DNA from: Candidatus Latescibacterota bacterium
GTDB taxonomy: Bacteria > Latescibacterota > UBA2968 > GCA-2709665
Assembly (NCBI GenBank): GCA_965237675.1
Contig: OZ250150.1
Span: forward strand, 1,664,001-1,728,000
Length of the DNA: 64,000 bases
Direction of reading: 5' to 3'
Position numbers and translations under genes: made by a program. Position 1 is the stretch's first letter; every line of letters starts with the position of its first letter. Shown piece by piece: positions 30,801-39,611 of this stretch. The notes under the pieces are model-generated. The model saw nothing but the letters and a program-made list of their open reading frames with translations. It had not been told where the DNA came from and made no database searches.

Positions 30801-31658
30801 GGCGTCAAGACGAGCTACAAGGTGACCGGCCTGACCAATTGTGCCGAGTATACCTTCCAAGTGCGTGCGAAAAACTGCCGCGGTGAGGGCGGCCCCGACA
30901 GCGACACCGAAACGCCAGCGGCATATTTGTCCGTGGCCTCAATATCGAAGGTGGCGGCCTCCAGAAACGAGTTTATTACTGCGATCCAGGTGAGTCCAAG
31001 TGGCGGATGTACACCTTACACGTATAGTCTTTCGGCAAACGCAAGTGCTGCCGGTCTCTCTATTTCGTCTGGTGGGAAGATCAGTGGCGACCCGCCAACG
31101 CTTGGCAGTTGGACGATCACCGTGTCTGTAACCGACGCCAATAGCAGCACGGTCTCCAAGTCATTCAAGATAGTCGTGGCTGAGCCCCTCGTAATTGGTC
31201 CGATCCACGAATTTTCCGGGCAAGTTGGCCTGTATTTTTCAGAAGGTCCTTTGGATGTCTCCGGCGGGCAGACCCCCTATTCTTATTCGCTTTCCGGCGC
31301 GCCAACCGGACTGGAGATTACCAGTTCCGGTGTGATTCAGGGCACGCCGACGGCGGATGGTTATTTCGACGTTACTTTGACCGTGACCGATAATGACGGA
31401 CGCACCGAATCGCACTTGTTTGGAATAGATATCCCGTTGGACGGCGACTTCAACGGCGACGGCACGCGAGACGCTTCCGACGCTGCCCTGTTCAAGAAGA
31501 AATCGGGGCTCAGGTCGTCGGATTCGGGGTTTGACTCCAGAATGGACCTGAACGGCGACGGGACCATCAATTTCGCCGATCTCGTCATTCTGAGCGGCTA
31601 TATTCAACGAGACGCGTCGTCGCAGAGCAATAGTGAATCAGATGATGATTCAGAATGA
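24882..31658 (+). CDS. Giant secreted surface protein: signal peptide, 22 FN3 domains, 2 putative Ig (He_PIG) domains, C-terminal dockerin-like domain
   Basis: FN3 signatures (VTLSW...Y...LT..T.Y.FEVRA.N); He_PIG (SGG.TPY.YS...GL.I.S.G.I.G.P); two Ca loops GDFNGDG..D and DLNGDGTINFAD. Confidence 0.9.
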   Translation: MYYAKRNAASGIALFFVTVWLLGSPNQSHGQDIPTPTVTAVAGDGQVTLTWGEVQSTDRVTSWRYGVKEGRNPYDWNEIPGSNRNTTTYTVTGLTNGISYRFKVQARDGTETGASSNTVSATPGQGQEFPTPTLSALAGDEQVTLTWSEAGATDRILSWRYGVKEGRQSYVWNDVPDSDRNTTSYIVTDLTNGTSYRFKVRAQDGNNLGPSSDTAFATPGPPPGDAPGAVTGLGASGGVGEVTLSWTNPSGTVTSNEIRYAAAGESLPETWTDIGVATSYTVGSLTDCTEYTFEVRAENATGAGPSESVTETPGDAPGAVTGLGATAGVGEVALTWTNPSGTVTSNEIRYAAAGESLPETWTDIGVATSYTVGSLTDCTEYTFEVRATNSCDDGGSDSVTETPGDAPGAVTGLGATAGVGEVALTWTNPSGTVTSNEIRYAAAGESLPETWTDIGVATSYTVGSLTDCTEYTFEVRAVNGCGDGGSDSVTETPGDAPGVVAGLGASGGVGEVTLSWTNPSGTVTSNEIRYAAAGESLPETWTDIGVATSYTAGSLTDCTEYTFEVRAINGCGDGGSDSVTETPGSAPGVVAGLGASGGVGEVTLSWTNPSGTVTSNEIRYAAAGESLPETWTDIGVATSYTVGSLTDCTEYTFEVRAINGCGDGGSDSVTETPGSAPGVVAGLGASGGVGEVTLSWTNPGGTVTSNEIRYAAAGESLPETWTDIGVATSYTVGSLTDCTEYTFEVRAINGCGDGGSDSVTETPGSAPGVVAGLGASGGVGEVTLSWTNPGGTVTSNEIRYAAAGESLPETWTDIGVATSYTVGSLTDCTEYTFEVRAINGCGDGGSDSVTETPGSAPGVVAGLGASGGVGEVTLSWTNPGGTVTSNEIRYAAAGESLPETWTDIGVATSYTVGSLTDCTEYTFEVRAINGCGDGGSDSVTETPGSAPGVVAGLGASGGVGEVTLSWTNPGGTVTSNEIRYAAAGESLPETWTDIGVATSYTVGSLTDCTEYTFEVRAINGCGDGGSDSVTETPGSAPGVVTGLGASGGVGEVTLSWTNPSGTITNNQVRYAKEGTDINTKSWTDIGVLTSHTVGGLDDCAEYTFEVRAVNGCGDGGSDSVTETPTAGSTAGPVSGLTVAAVRASAVDLSWTNPAGVTKVEIRHAQKGAAWSSWSNVGVVTSYTVSGVDTYCNGYNFEVRAYVCGGDGSSSTMTQATGSAPGPVRNLSATAGNRSVTLNWDAPNTGGTVGIYKIRIGDITKTTTGTSITVSNLTNCAEYTFTVLANNCIDDGPSRSEDATPTAGSTAGPVSGLGVAAVRASAVDLSWTNPAGVTKVEIRHAQKGAAWSSWSNVGVVTSYTVSGVDTYCNGYNFEVRAYVCGGGGGSSSTMTQATGSAPGPVRNLSETAGNRSVTLNWDAPNTGGTVGIYKIRIGDITKTTTGTSITVSNLTNCAEYTFTVLANNCIDDGPSRSEDATPTAGSTAGPVSGLTVAVRASAVDLSWTNPAGVTKVEIRHAQKGAAWSSWSNVGVVTSYTVSGVDTYCNGYNFEVRAYVCGGGGGSSSTMTQATGSAPGPVRNLSETAGNRSVTLNWDAPNTGGTVGIYKIRIGDITKTTTGTSITVSNLTNCAEYTFTVLANNCIDDGPSRSEDATPTAGSTAGPVSGLTVAVRASAVDLSWTNPAGVTKVEIRHAQKGAAWSSWSNVGVVTSYTVSGLDTYCNGYNFEVRAYVCGGDGGSSSTMTQATGSAPGPVRNLSATAGNRSVTLNWDAPNTGGTVGIYKIRIGDITKTTTGTSITVSNLTNCAEYTFTVLANNCIDDGPSRSEDATPTAGSTAGPVSGLTVAAVRASAVDLSWTNPAGVTKVEIRHAQKGAAWSSWSNVGVVTSYTVSGLDTYCNGYNFEVRAYVCGGDGSSSTMTQATGSAPGAVTNLGARREGSGNISLTWTNPGGPITESQIRYAKTSTLLPTTWTDIGVKTSYKVTGLTNCAEYTFQVRAKNCRGEGGPDSDTETPAAYLSVASISKVAASRNEFITAIQVSPSGGCTPYTYSLSANASAAGLSISSGGKISGDPPTLGSWTITVSVTDANSSTVSKSFKIVVAEPLVIGPIHEFSGQVGLYFSEGPLDVSGGQTPYSYSLSGAPTGLEITSSGVIQGTPTADGYFDVTLTVTDNDGRTESHLFGIDIPLDGDFNGDGTRDASDAALFKKKSGLRSSDSGFDSRMDLNGDGTINFADLVILSGYIQRDASSQSNSESDDDSE
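25551..28253 (+). repeat. Ten tandem ~270-bp coding repeats (one FN3 each)
   Basis: Units start every 270 bp from 25551; units 6-9 essentially identical; unit 10 diverged. Confidence 0.95.
28254..30650 (+). repeat. About 4.5 tandem 528/531-bp coding repeats (two FN3 each)
   Basis: Equivalent positions recur at 28351, 28879, 29407, 29935 and 30466. Confidence 0.95.
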
Positions 31659-31832
31659 AGGACTGCACCGCAGGGTTTAATCGCGGCGACTATTCCACCT
31701 TGATTCGATGCGCTCGCGCGAGCCTTTTTCATCGCCGGTTCCATTTGCATTCACGGCGATGTTCGCTCGGATTCAACTGTTCGCAACACTCACGACGTCA
31801 CCGCAACGGCGACATCAAACCGGGAGGCAGCT

Positions 31833-32642
31833 ATGTGGAACCGTATTTTTTCAACCATCTGTTCAGCGTTTGTGTTGACTGGTCCGGCATTGGCGGGAGA
31901 GATGACCACGGGCCTTGACATTGGCGGAGGCCGCAACGCGTCTGCAAAACTGACGCTGGTTCGGGTGAATGATCCTGCCGCCGATAACGAAACTCTGAAG
32001 GTGCGCGTCTCTTTATTGCATGTAGAAGACGTGAAGGGATACGGCTTTTTGCTACAATACGATACGGACAGGTATGACTTCCTGGAGGCCAGAGAATTGG
32101 CCGACAGTTTTCTAAAATCGGGCTCCGGCGGGAAGCCGGTGTCGATGGCTTCGAACCGCACGCCGGGAAAGTTGGAAATCGGCGCCGTTAAGATCGATGG
32201 CCAAGTCGCCGGCGGGGAGGGCGATCTGGTGGACCTCGTCTTCAGGACGAGCGTCACGCCGTCCGCGGAAGATTTCCAGATAACAGAGAGCGTGCTGGTG
32301 GGGCTGGACGGTGCGGTCGAACCGTTTACAAACGTTGAGATAGGCGACTTGAGACCGCTTCCAGACGCCCACGGTCTGGATCGGAACGCGCCGAATCCGT
32401 TCAATCCGTCCACGGTCATCGGATTTCGGCTTCCCGAGGCCGGCAGGGTGCGGCTGGTGGTCTACAATCTTCTGGGCCAGGAGGTGCGTGTTCTGGTGAA
32501 CGAAAAAATGGAGGCGGGTTATTTCACGATGACATGGGATGGGACCGATGAACTGGGCCGGCGCGTTGCCAGCGGTGTGTATATCTACCGTATGAAGGCC
32601 GGCGCCTTCTCGGCGACCCGGAGGATGTTGTTGTTGAAATAG
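31833..32642 (+). CDS. Secreted cohesin-like domain plus FlgD-Ig/T9SS type-A-like C-terminal sorting domain
   Basis: Signal peptide; VKGYGF.LQYD...GEGDLVDLVFR (cohesin-like); NAPNPFNPST.I.F.LP...VYNLLGQEV...WDG.D..GR.VASGVY.YR...RRMLLLK. Confidence 0.85.
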   Translation: MWNRIFSTICSAFVLTGPALAGEMTTGLDIGGGRNASAKLTLVRVNDPAADNETLKVRVSLLHVEDVKGYGFLLQYDTDRYDFLEARELADSFLKSGSGGKPVSMASNRTPGKLEIGAVKIDGQVAGGEGDLVDLVFRTSVTPSAEDFQITESVLVGLDGAVEPFTNVEIGDLRPLPDAHGLDRNAPNPFNPSTVIGFRLPEAGRVRLVVYNLLGQEVRVLVNEKMEAGYFTMTWDGTDELGRRVASGVYIYRMKAGAFSATRRMLLLK

Positions 32643-32818
32643 GCTTGTCGACACGCGTCACGTCGATGTGGATGCGCCGGGAGGCTTTTTGTTCGTTCGG
32701 GAGTTCCCGGTTGCTCGTTCAGGCTGTGTTGCCCGAAACACCAGAATCACGAAATGAACGTTGAGGCATTCGCTGATTCGCAAGCTTACCCGGTGCAACC
32801 GGGACACCCTGTGTCAAG

Positions 32819-32859
32819 GCGCGCCGGTTTCCCCAATCCTTCCGGGCGTCGCCTTTTTT
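32819..32859 (+). terminator. Possible intrinsic terminator
   Basis: GGCGCGCCGG...CCGGGCGTCGCC followed by a T run. Confidence 0.4.
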
Positions 32860-32904
32860 CCTGAATCCACCTGAGCTTTTTAGATTTCCCACTTACAATA
32901 CAGT

Positions 32905-32955
32905 GCCGGGACGCAGGTCTTGATCGTAGGACGCGGGTTCCGGCGCTTTTTTTTG
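32905..32955 (+). terminator. Possible intrinsic terminator
   Basis: GCCGGGAC...GTTCCGGC stem followed by a T run. Confidence 0.45.
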
Positions 32956-33267
32956 CCAGGAATCCCTCTGTTTCCGGGGATTCTTCGACTTCGCTCAGAA
33001 TGACATGCTATGCAATCACCATTGGCGAAACCTTTCTGTCAGGTGTCGGCACGAACTGTCATCCTGAGGAAGGCCTGCCTGCTGAAGCATGCGAAACAGG
33101 CAGCAGAACCGCGCATTCTTCTGGTTTATCTGGAAGCCGCACCAGGCTTGATCTGTGAGGTGTCGTAGCACCTTCCGTAGCGATACATCCATCAGATTTT
33201 CCTCTGACAGAGCCCGTGCACGACCTCGCCACGCTGTTTGGAGACCTCGACACCCCGAAAACGAAAA

Positions 33268-35164
33268 CCAGTCCTAAAATAAGCGAGTATTGATGTTTGG
33301 TGAACAGAATTGCAGATTTGTGCGACGTTGTGGTTGAATGACGTATGTGTGTTGTCTATTGAGGTGCGCGTGAGGTCGTTTTGAGGTTTGTGGAGTGTAA
33401 GTTGGTGAGGTAAAGCGCAGCGTTAGGGGTGTGTTGTTGGTGTCTGGTTGTGGTGTAGGCGTATTTGTCCGTTACGTCGCCGTGGGCGTCGTGGATCCCG
33501 TGGTATGTGATCACGGTTCGTGCGGGTGTCATGTGAATCCGGTGCGTTCGATGGTGGCCCAGGCGCTCAAGAGTCTTTTCAGGGATGGCTGATAGCCGAT
33601 GATGCGCACGGTGGTGCTTCGGGCGTGTCTCACGACACGACAGGGATAAAGGATGATGTGTGTGAGGAAGGTGCGAAAGTCCATTCGGATATATTTTCGG
33701 CGATGGTTTTTGCGATGCATCATCAGGGCAAACCACGACTTGATGTTCCAGGCCAGGGCGGCGATGACCATGTAGGCCCAGTTGCTGATCAGGTCATACA
33801 AGGGCACGCGCAGGGCATTGACGCCGTTTTTGAGCTGTTCGATCACGTTTTCCTGGTCGCATCGTTTGTTGGCAGCAACGACGACCTCGGCGGGCGTGAG
33901 GTCGTCGCGCGTGGTGATGTAGAAGAAGTATCGGAACGTGTCGAAGAGGGTCTGCTGGCCTTGGGTCTCACGGATGTTTTTGCGCAGCGCCACGACGCGG
34001 TAGGGGCGTTTGCACTTGCCGGGCTGGTAGTCAAACTCAGCCACGTCTTCGAAGGTGAGCGTCAGCTTGCGGTAGCCCCGCGCTTTGACGATACGCTGCT
34101 TCTCATTGTCCCGTCGCTGCCTTTTCTGGGGCGCGCGAGGGCGGTGCAGGCGCTGCCAGTTGGCTTCGTCAAGGGCCTCGGCGCGTGTTCGTAAGGTGCT
34201 ATTGCAGTCCATGCCGAAGATGAAATCGACGTCCTTCGCCCAGCGGTCCAAGTGAGCCGTAAGCGAAAAGTCCGTGTCGCCGCGTAGGCACACGCGCGGC
34301 GCGTGGGGCTTCACCAGCGCGATGGCCGCATCGATCCAGGGTGCGGCCCCCTGGTGAGAAGACGCGTTGCCCGGACGGTTGACCACGTACAGCACCTCTT
34401 TGGTGTTGGCCAACGATACGATCAGGGGCGCATAACCCCCACACGCCCTTGTAGGAGATGTCCATACCGCCCTTCTTCTCCCCATACGTCGGAGCGGTCG
34501 TACCATCCACATCGATGTAGGCGACCGGTTCCAGGAGTCTGGCAGCGCGTGTGCGCCACAACTTGGGGCGTACCGCGTTAATGCAGTCCATCAGCCCGAT
34601 CACGTCCGCCTCAGAAAAGCGACGCGTGAAGTCGCCCGCAGTGGTCGGGTCCGGGATCAACTCCGCGTTCAAGGCATTCATGTACGCCTCGTTGTGACGC
34701 AAACGCTCGATGTCCTCCAGACACGTGCCACCGCACATCACGTTGTAGGAAAGGTTCAACACGTGATCCGACTCATGATACGGCAGATGCACCTTCAGCA
34801 ACGCCAACGTCCCGTCGATCTGCTTGACCAATCCCAACTTGGTCACCAGTCGATGCACCGCCGCAATGCCACCAAAGCTCATCGCTTCTCCGTGCGCGCT
34901 GACCTCGTAATGCACATTACCGCTGCCAAACATCGGCTTGGCTTGCGCACAAAATCCACGGGCAAGCTTATGCCGAGCACGTACCCGACGCCCACATTTT
35001 TCACTGTTCCTGCGGCTGTTTTTTGTCGATATTCTTTTCACCGGAAAGGCCCCCTTCGTTGGAGTAGCAATTTCTCGTCCGATACTGCTAACTCCAACTA
35101 AGATAAGTCTTTCCGGTACTTTTGTACACAAAAATCTGAAAAAACCCGCTTATTTAGGGACTAG
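33268..35164 (-). mobile_element. IS1380-family insertion sequence (~1.9 kb)
   Basis: Imperfect terminal IRs CCAGTCCTAAAATAAGCGAG / CTAGTCCCTAAATAAGCGGG (16/20) enclosing an IS1380-type transposase; no clear TSD. Confidence 0.82.
33529..35041 (-). pseudogene. IS1380 transposase split by a +1 frameshift in a G run at 34436-34440
   Basis: HLPYHESDHVLN, PDPTTAGDF.RRF, IDVDGT, SYKGVWG|YAPLIVSLANT, LRGDTDFS, RCDQENVIEQLKNG. Confidence 0.85.
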
Positions 35165-35180
35165 ACACCCCATTTTTCTC

Positions 35181-35210
35181 TTGACAACATCCGCTCGTTA
35201 GTGTTATCAT
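35181..35210 (+). promoter_or_regulatory. Sigma70-like promoter for the OMP/TBDR operon
   Basis: TTGACA-N18-TATCAT with an extended TGn; a further TATAAT at 35222-35227. Confidence 0.55.
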
Positions 35211-35513
35211 TTAGCTAATACTATAATGAATCAGTTATGTACTCGTTTCACCGGCGGGTATCGAAACGGCATCGCGAGGGCTTTCTCTGTGGGAGGGGCG
35301 CCGTATTGCCGTATCCGTAATTGTTGGCCCTTCCCCGGTATTTGCTGACGCCCGTTCCAACTGCCGCCGAACGGACTCCGGAAGCAACGCCGGGAACGTT
35401 ACCGGGGGAATCGGTGACAGGTTAAGCCACAGTACTGCAAACGGACCTGGTCCTGCGGGAATTGTCGGCGGCGGCGCTCGCGCGACCTGATCCATCACTA
35501 AGGAGGGCAGTCT

Positions 35514-36257
35514 ATGGGCACATGGAGGGTTACGGCTGTTGTCGGATTTCTGGCGTTGTTTCTCGCAACGGATTCCGGCGCACAGGAGTATCACCGGATC
35601 GGCGGGCGGATAATGCTGGGTTACAACCTGCCCGTTATGGGCCTGCGAACCAACTGGTACAACCAGGCCGTGCGGTGGGGCGGCAGCGTGGTTTACAACC
35701 GGGATGCCAACACCGCGCTCGAGTTTGAATATCATCGGCTGAAATACACCGACGGCAAGATCGAGAGTAAGACGTTCACCTGGAACGAAGACAAGAGAGA
35801 TTATTCAAGCCCGAATTCCGAAGCCAGTATGCGGATCAACAGCGTGCTGTGCAACGTGATTTTTCGACTCGGTGACAAATCAAACCTTTTCTCTAGCCAG
35901 ATGACGTCCCCCTACGTCGTTGCCGGTGGAGGGTTTCACAGCTACAGCAATCGCGTGAGCGGCCTGATTTATCCCGGGCAGAAGGGCATCGCTGTCGAGG
36001 GCGCCGATGAGAACGTACTGGACCCAGGCGTGGTCCTCACACCGGTGGTCGAGAGCCGGTGGGCGCTGGGGGCACATTTCGGGTTCGGCGTCGAACGGTT
36101 CATGACGAACAATTTTTCACTGGATTTCCGGGCTCAGCACAATTTCCTGGTCGGGGACCTCGGTCCGCGGGAGGCCTGGGGCATAAAAGGGGTTATGCCA
36201 CTGCTGCAGATGCTGGATCTGGAGGTCGCTGTCAAATTCTACGAATCGGGAAGGTAG
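35514..36257 (+). CDS. Outer-membrane beta-barrel protein (8-strand OmpA/OMP_b-brl-like)
   Basis: Signal peptide; amphipathic strands (LEFEYHR, PYVVAGGG, FGFGVE, LDFRAQH, VAVKFY). Confidence 0.75.
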   Translation: MGTWRVTAVVGFLALFLATDSGAQEYHRIGGRIMLGYNLPVMGLRTNWYNQAVRWGGSVVYNRDANTALEFEYHRLKYTDGKIESKTFTWNEDKRDYSSPNSEASMRINSVLCNVIFRLGDKSNLFSSQMTSPYVVAGGGFHSYSNRVSGLIYPGQKGIAVEGADENVLDPGVVLTPVVESRWALGAHFGFGVERFMTNNFSLDFRAQHNFLVGDLGPREAWGIKGVMPLLQMLDLEVAVKFYESGR

Positions 36258-36353
36258 CTCGTCTGGCAGGCCCGGGAAAGGAGGAGGCGTATTCCGAGAC
36301 GGGCATGTAGGCGAATCGTTAATTGGAGAGACCATCAATGCGGAGGTTCGGCA

Positions 36354-39300
36354 ATGAAGAAGTGTGTTTTGTTTATCGGAATTCTTTCCCTCTGCACGGC
36401 ACTGGCTTTAAGCGGAAGCGCCTGGGCCGGCACGACCGGAAAGATCGTTGGGAAGGTCCTGGACAGACAGGGCGAATCGCTGCCTGGCGCCAACGTGGTC
36501 ATCGAGGGCCTGAACCAGGGGTCCACGGCCGATGCGGAGGGGTTCTACGTGATCCTGCGCGCCGATCCGGGGCTTTATACCGTTAAGGCGTCCCTGATCG
36601 GATATCAGACCGAGTCCCAGACGGATGTTCGGGTGCAGGCCGACGTGACCACGGAAGTTGATTTCACGCTCTATGAGGCGACGCTGGAATTGGGGGAGAT
36701 GGTTGTCAAGGCGGAACGCCCTCTCGTAGAGGTCGACAAGACCTTCAGCAAATACATCGTCGGCGCCGATGAGATCGAGCAACTTCCCATCGTGCGCACC
36801 ACCGCCGAAATGATCACGCTGCAGCCGGGCGTTCACCTCGACGGCTCCGACCGCATGCGGGGAAGCAACCGCCCCGGTGAGTGGCGAAGCCGCACGGGCG
36901 GAGACGTGGCCTATTACGTGGACGGTGTGAAAATTGTGAACAGCGACGGCGCCGGCTCCCACAACTGGAAGAGCATCAACCGGTCGACCGTCCAGGAGAT
37001 TTCCGTGGTTACGGGCGGGATGAACGCCGAGTACGGCAATGCTCAGGCCGGGGTCGTCAGTATAATTACGAAAGACGGCGGCCAGAACTTCCACGGATGG
37101 GCGGAGTACCGCCGGCAGCCGCCCGGACAGAAACACTGGGGCGCAAACGTCTACGAAAGCCCGATGCACCTCGACAAGATGCAATGGGGCGAGGGCGTAT
37201 GGGAGAACGAGCGTGATCCCGATACGGGCCGACTCACCCACCAGCGCGCGAACTACGACGAAATCATCGGGCACGAGGTGGAGGGAAATATCTCGGGCCC
37301 GCTTTCCAAGAGCGCTTCGTTCATCGTTTCGGGCAAGACGGCCCGGCTGGCGCCCACGTATCCCAGCGGCACGGCGAGGGGCTATTACGACGACATCGGT
37401 CGGTTTATTCCCTCGCTGACCAATTATCAGGGGTCATACAGCGTCACTGTCCGCGCATCCGAAAATATGAAGATGAAGATCGGCGGGTTGTTCGAGTACA
37501 ACAAGAAGTATATCGGAACCGACCGGGACACCTACCGGAACGAACGGTCCGCGGGTACCTCCAGCGGCGTCATCCGTGGCATTGTGTACGACAACGGGAA
37601 GAACATCTTCCTGCCGGAGGATTGGAGCGCGGCGGGCAAGATGAGCACGAACAACAATATGCAATACCTGGCCATCACCCATTCCCTTTCGCCCAGGACA
37701 TTTTACGACCTCCGGATTTCACGTTATTCAACCGTCGACGACACGAGCGACATTGCGAACACAACGACGGACGTGCGTACGGATGGGGACGGCTGGTTCG
37801 CCGTGGACCGGCAGGTGCGCCAGTACCAGGTTGCGGAACGGAATCGGTACCAGGTCAAGCTGGATCTGGCCAGCCAGATCACCAAGGGGCATTACGTGAA
37901 GGCCGGTTTCGAATTCATCAAGTACAGCATGTTTCTTACCCGCTACACGGGAGAGAGCGCGCAGGCCAGGCGGCTGGAGTTCGCGGGCGCGCAAGGCGTT
38001 ATCGGAGAGCCTGTCAAGCCCCAGCATCTCGCCATCTACGCGCAGGACAAGATGGAGTTCGAAGGCATGGTCATCAATGCCGGTCTGCGCCTGGATCTGT
38101 TCGATCCGGTATCCAAATTTCCGGCCTCGGGCGCTTACGCGTTCTCGCCCATGTACAACTCGCCGCTACGTTTCCAGAATGCGCCCCACCGTAAGCCGGT
38201 CGTGTTCAAGAACCTGAGCCCACGGTTGGGGGTGTCGCATCCCATTACGGCGCGTTCGTCCATGCACTATTTCGCGGGGCTGTTCCTGGCCTATCCGGAC
38301 ATTTATTATCTGTTCAACGGAGATTGGCGGACTTCGGGCCCGGACCAGGACTGGAACGGGAACGGCGTTATCGACTCGGGTGAGCAGTATAACGCCATGC
38401 GGCCGTCATACCCGATACGCAGCGGGCAGGGCACCACCGAAATCCGACCCGAAAAGACCGTGTCGATGGAGGTGGGCGCGGACTGGAACTTCGTGCAGGA
38501 CTATACCGGTGCGATCGCTCTATTTTACAAGAGCGCCAAAGATCAGTACCACTATCATTCCGACGTCCGTTTTTACGCGCCGCACAAGCAGGGCTACGTA
38601 CATCCCTACGCCCGGATCCTCCATAACAACGGGTTCGAAGAGCAGCGGGGACTGGAACTTTCCGTGCGGAAGCCGCTCAGCCACAACTTTGCCATAAACG
38701 TGGCCTACAACATGACCTGGGCGCAGGCCGGGTGGGGCAACTTCGACGCCTGGTTCAACTTCCTCTTTCCCGACTCCCTCTATGTCGCCAGCGGCCGCTA
38801 CTGGTACGAATACAGCGTGGAGAACGGCGTTGAGGTGCCGGTGCCCCTCACTCAGGACCAAATCCGAACGATCGGTCACAATGCCAACATTGCGATTCGG
38901 AGAAACGCCCGGCGGGACGGTAACCCGGGTGGCCGGGGTTACGAGCAGACCAGGATGACCGCCAGGGAGTACGGGCTCATCGGTCTGGACGACTTCGAAC
39001 TGGATCACATCCACGTATGGGCCAGGGGTTACCAGACCGGCCTGAACGCCGACGGCGGCGACATCCGAAACCAGGGCAGCCTGCAGTTCCTCTACCTCAC
39101 GCCGGGGGACTATGGCCCGAATTTCAACGTGTTCGGTAGCAAGATACTCGCCAACTGGCGGGTCAACCTGCTCTGGCGCATGCAGAATACCGGATCGTTC
39201 TGGTACACGCCCGCGAATGCCGGCCGGGAGCGGCGCCTGAGGCCCATCCGCACCTGGACCGACCTGGCCGTTGAGAAGCGCTTTCCGTTCGGCCGGGGGC

Positions 39301-39506
39301 GCGGCGATATAAGCCTGTTCCTGGAGGTGCGAAACCTGTTCAACCAGCAGGACGACAGTTCCTTCAATTCCACCGACTGGACCAACTGGGGCCTGCATAC
39401 GGCCCGTCCGGACAACTCTGAATTCCTCCTGTACGGGGATACCGACGACCGCAGATACTACAGCCATCCCCGGCGCATGGAAATGGGTCTGAGAATGCAG
39501 TTCTGA
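36354..39506 (+). CDS. TonB-dependent receptor with N-terminal carboxypeptidase-regulatory-like domain
   Basis: GKIVGKV.D..GE.LPGANV, LQPGV, VQEISVVTGGMNAEYGNAQAGVV, INAGLRLD, SPRLGVSHPI, PEKT..ME.G, C-terminal PRR.E.GLRMQF. Confidence 0.92.
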   Translation: MKKCVLFIGILSLCTALALSGSAWAGTTGKIVGKVLDRQGESLPGANVVIEGLNQGSTADAEGFYVILRADPGLYTVKASLIGYQTESQTDVRVQADVTTEVDFTLYEATLELGEMVVKAERPLVEVDKTFSKYIVGADEIEQLPIVRTTAEMITLQPGVHLDGSDRMRGSNRPGEWRSRTGGDVAYYVDGVKIVNSDGAGSHNWKSINRSTVQEISVVTGGMNAEYGNAQAGVVSIITKDGGQNFHGWAEYRRQPPGQKHWGANVYESPMHLDKMQWGEGVWENERDPDTGRLTHQRANYDEIIGHEVEGNISGPLSKSASFIVSGKTARLAPTYPSGTARGYYDDIGRFIPSLTNYQGSYSVTVRASENMKMKIGGLFEYNKKYIGTDRDTYRNERSAGTSSGVIRGIVYDNGKNIFLPEDWSAAGKMSTNNNMQYLAITHSLSPRTFYDLRISRYSTVDDTSDIANTTTDVRTDGDGWFAVDRQVRQYQVAERNRYQVKLDLASQITKGHYVKAGFEFIKYSMFLTRYTGESAQARRLEFAGAQGVIGEPVKPQHLAIYAQDKMEFEGMVINAGLRLDLFDPVSKFPASGAYAFSPMYNSPLRFQNAPHRKPVVFKNLSPRLGVSHPITARSSMHYFAGLFLAYPDIYYLFNGDWRTSGPDQDWNGNGVIDSGEQYNAMRPSYPIRSGQGTTEIRPEKTVSMEVGADWNFVQDYTGAIALFYKSAKDQYHYHSDVRFYAPHKQGYVHPYARILHNNGFEEQRGLELSVRKPLSHNFAINVAYNMTWAQAGWGNFDAWFNFLFPDSLYVASGRYWYEYSVENGVEVPVPLTQDQIRTIGHNANIAIRRNARRDGNPGGRGYEQTRMTAREYGLIGLDDFELDHIHVWARGYQTGLNADGGDIRNQGSLQFLYLTPGDYGPNFNVFGSKILANWRVNLLWRMQNTGSFWYTPANAGRERRLRPIRTWTDLAVEKRFPFGRGRGDISLFLEVRNLFNQQDDSSFNSTDWTNWGLHTARPDNSEFLLYGDTDDRRYYSHPRRMEMGLRMQF

Positions 39507-39611
39507 TCCATTCCGGTAAACGTCACGAACGGCGGGAGCCCGGAGCCGTATGCGGGTTCCCGCTACCATGCGATTTTTTACTGAGGAACTACAAATGCTA
39601 AGGAGGATACG

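Noticed and set aside
31430-32642. Cellulosome
   Set aside because: Single cohesin, no CBM, and the dockerin is attached to a non-catalytic repeat protein.
33130-33267. Possible gene fragment or TSD (GACACCCC near both IS ends)
   Set aside because: The left copy is not adjacent to the IR, and no recognisable protein motif is present.
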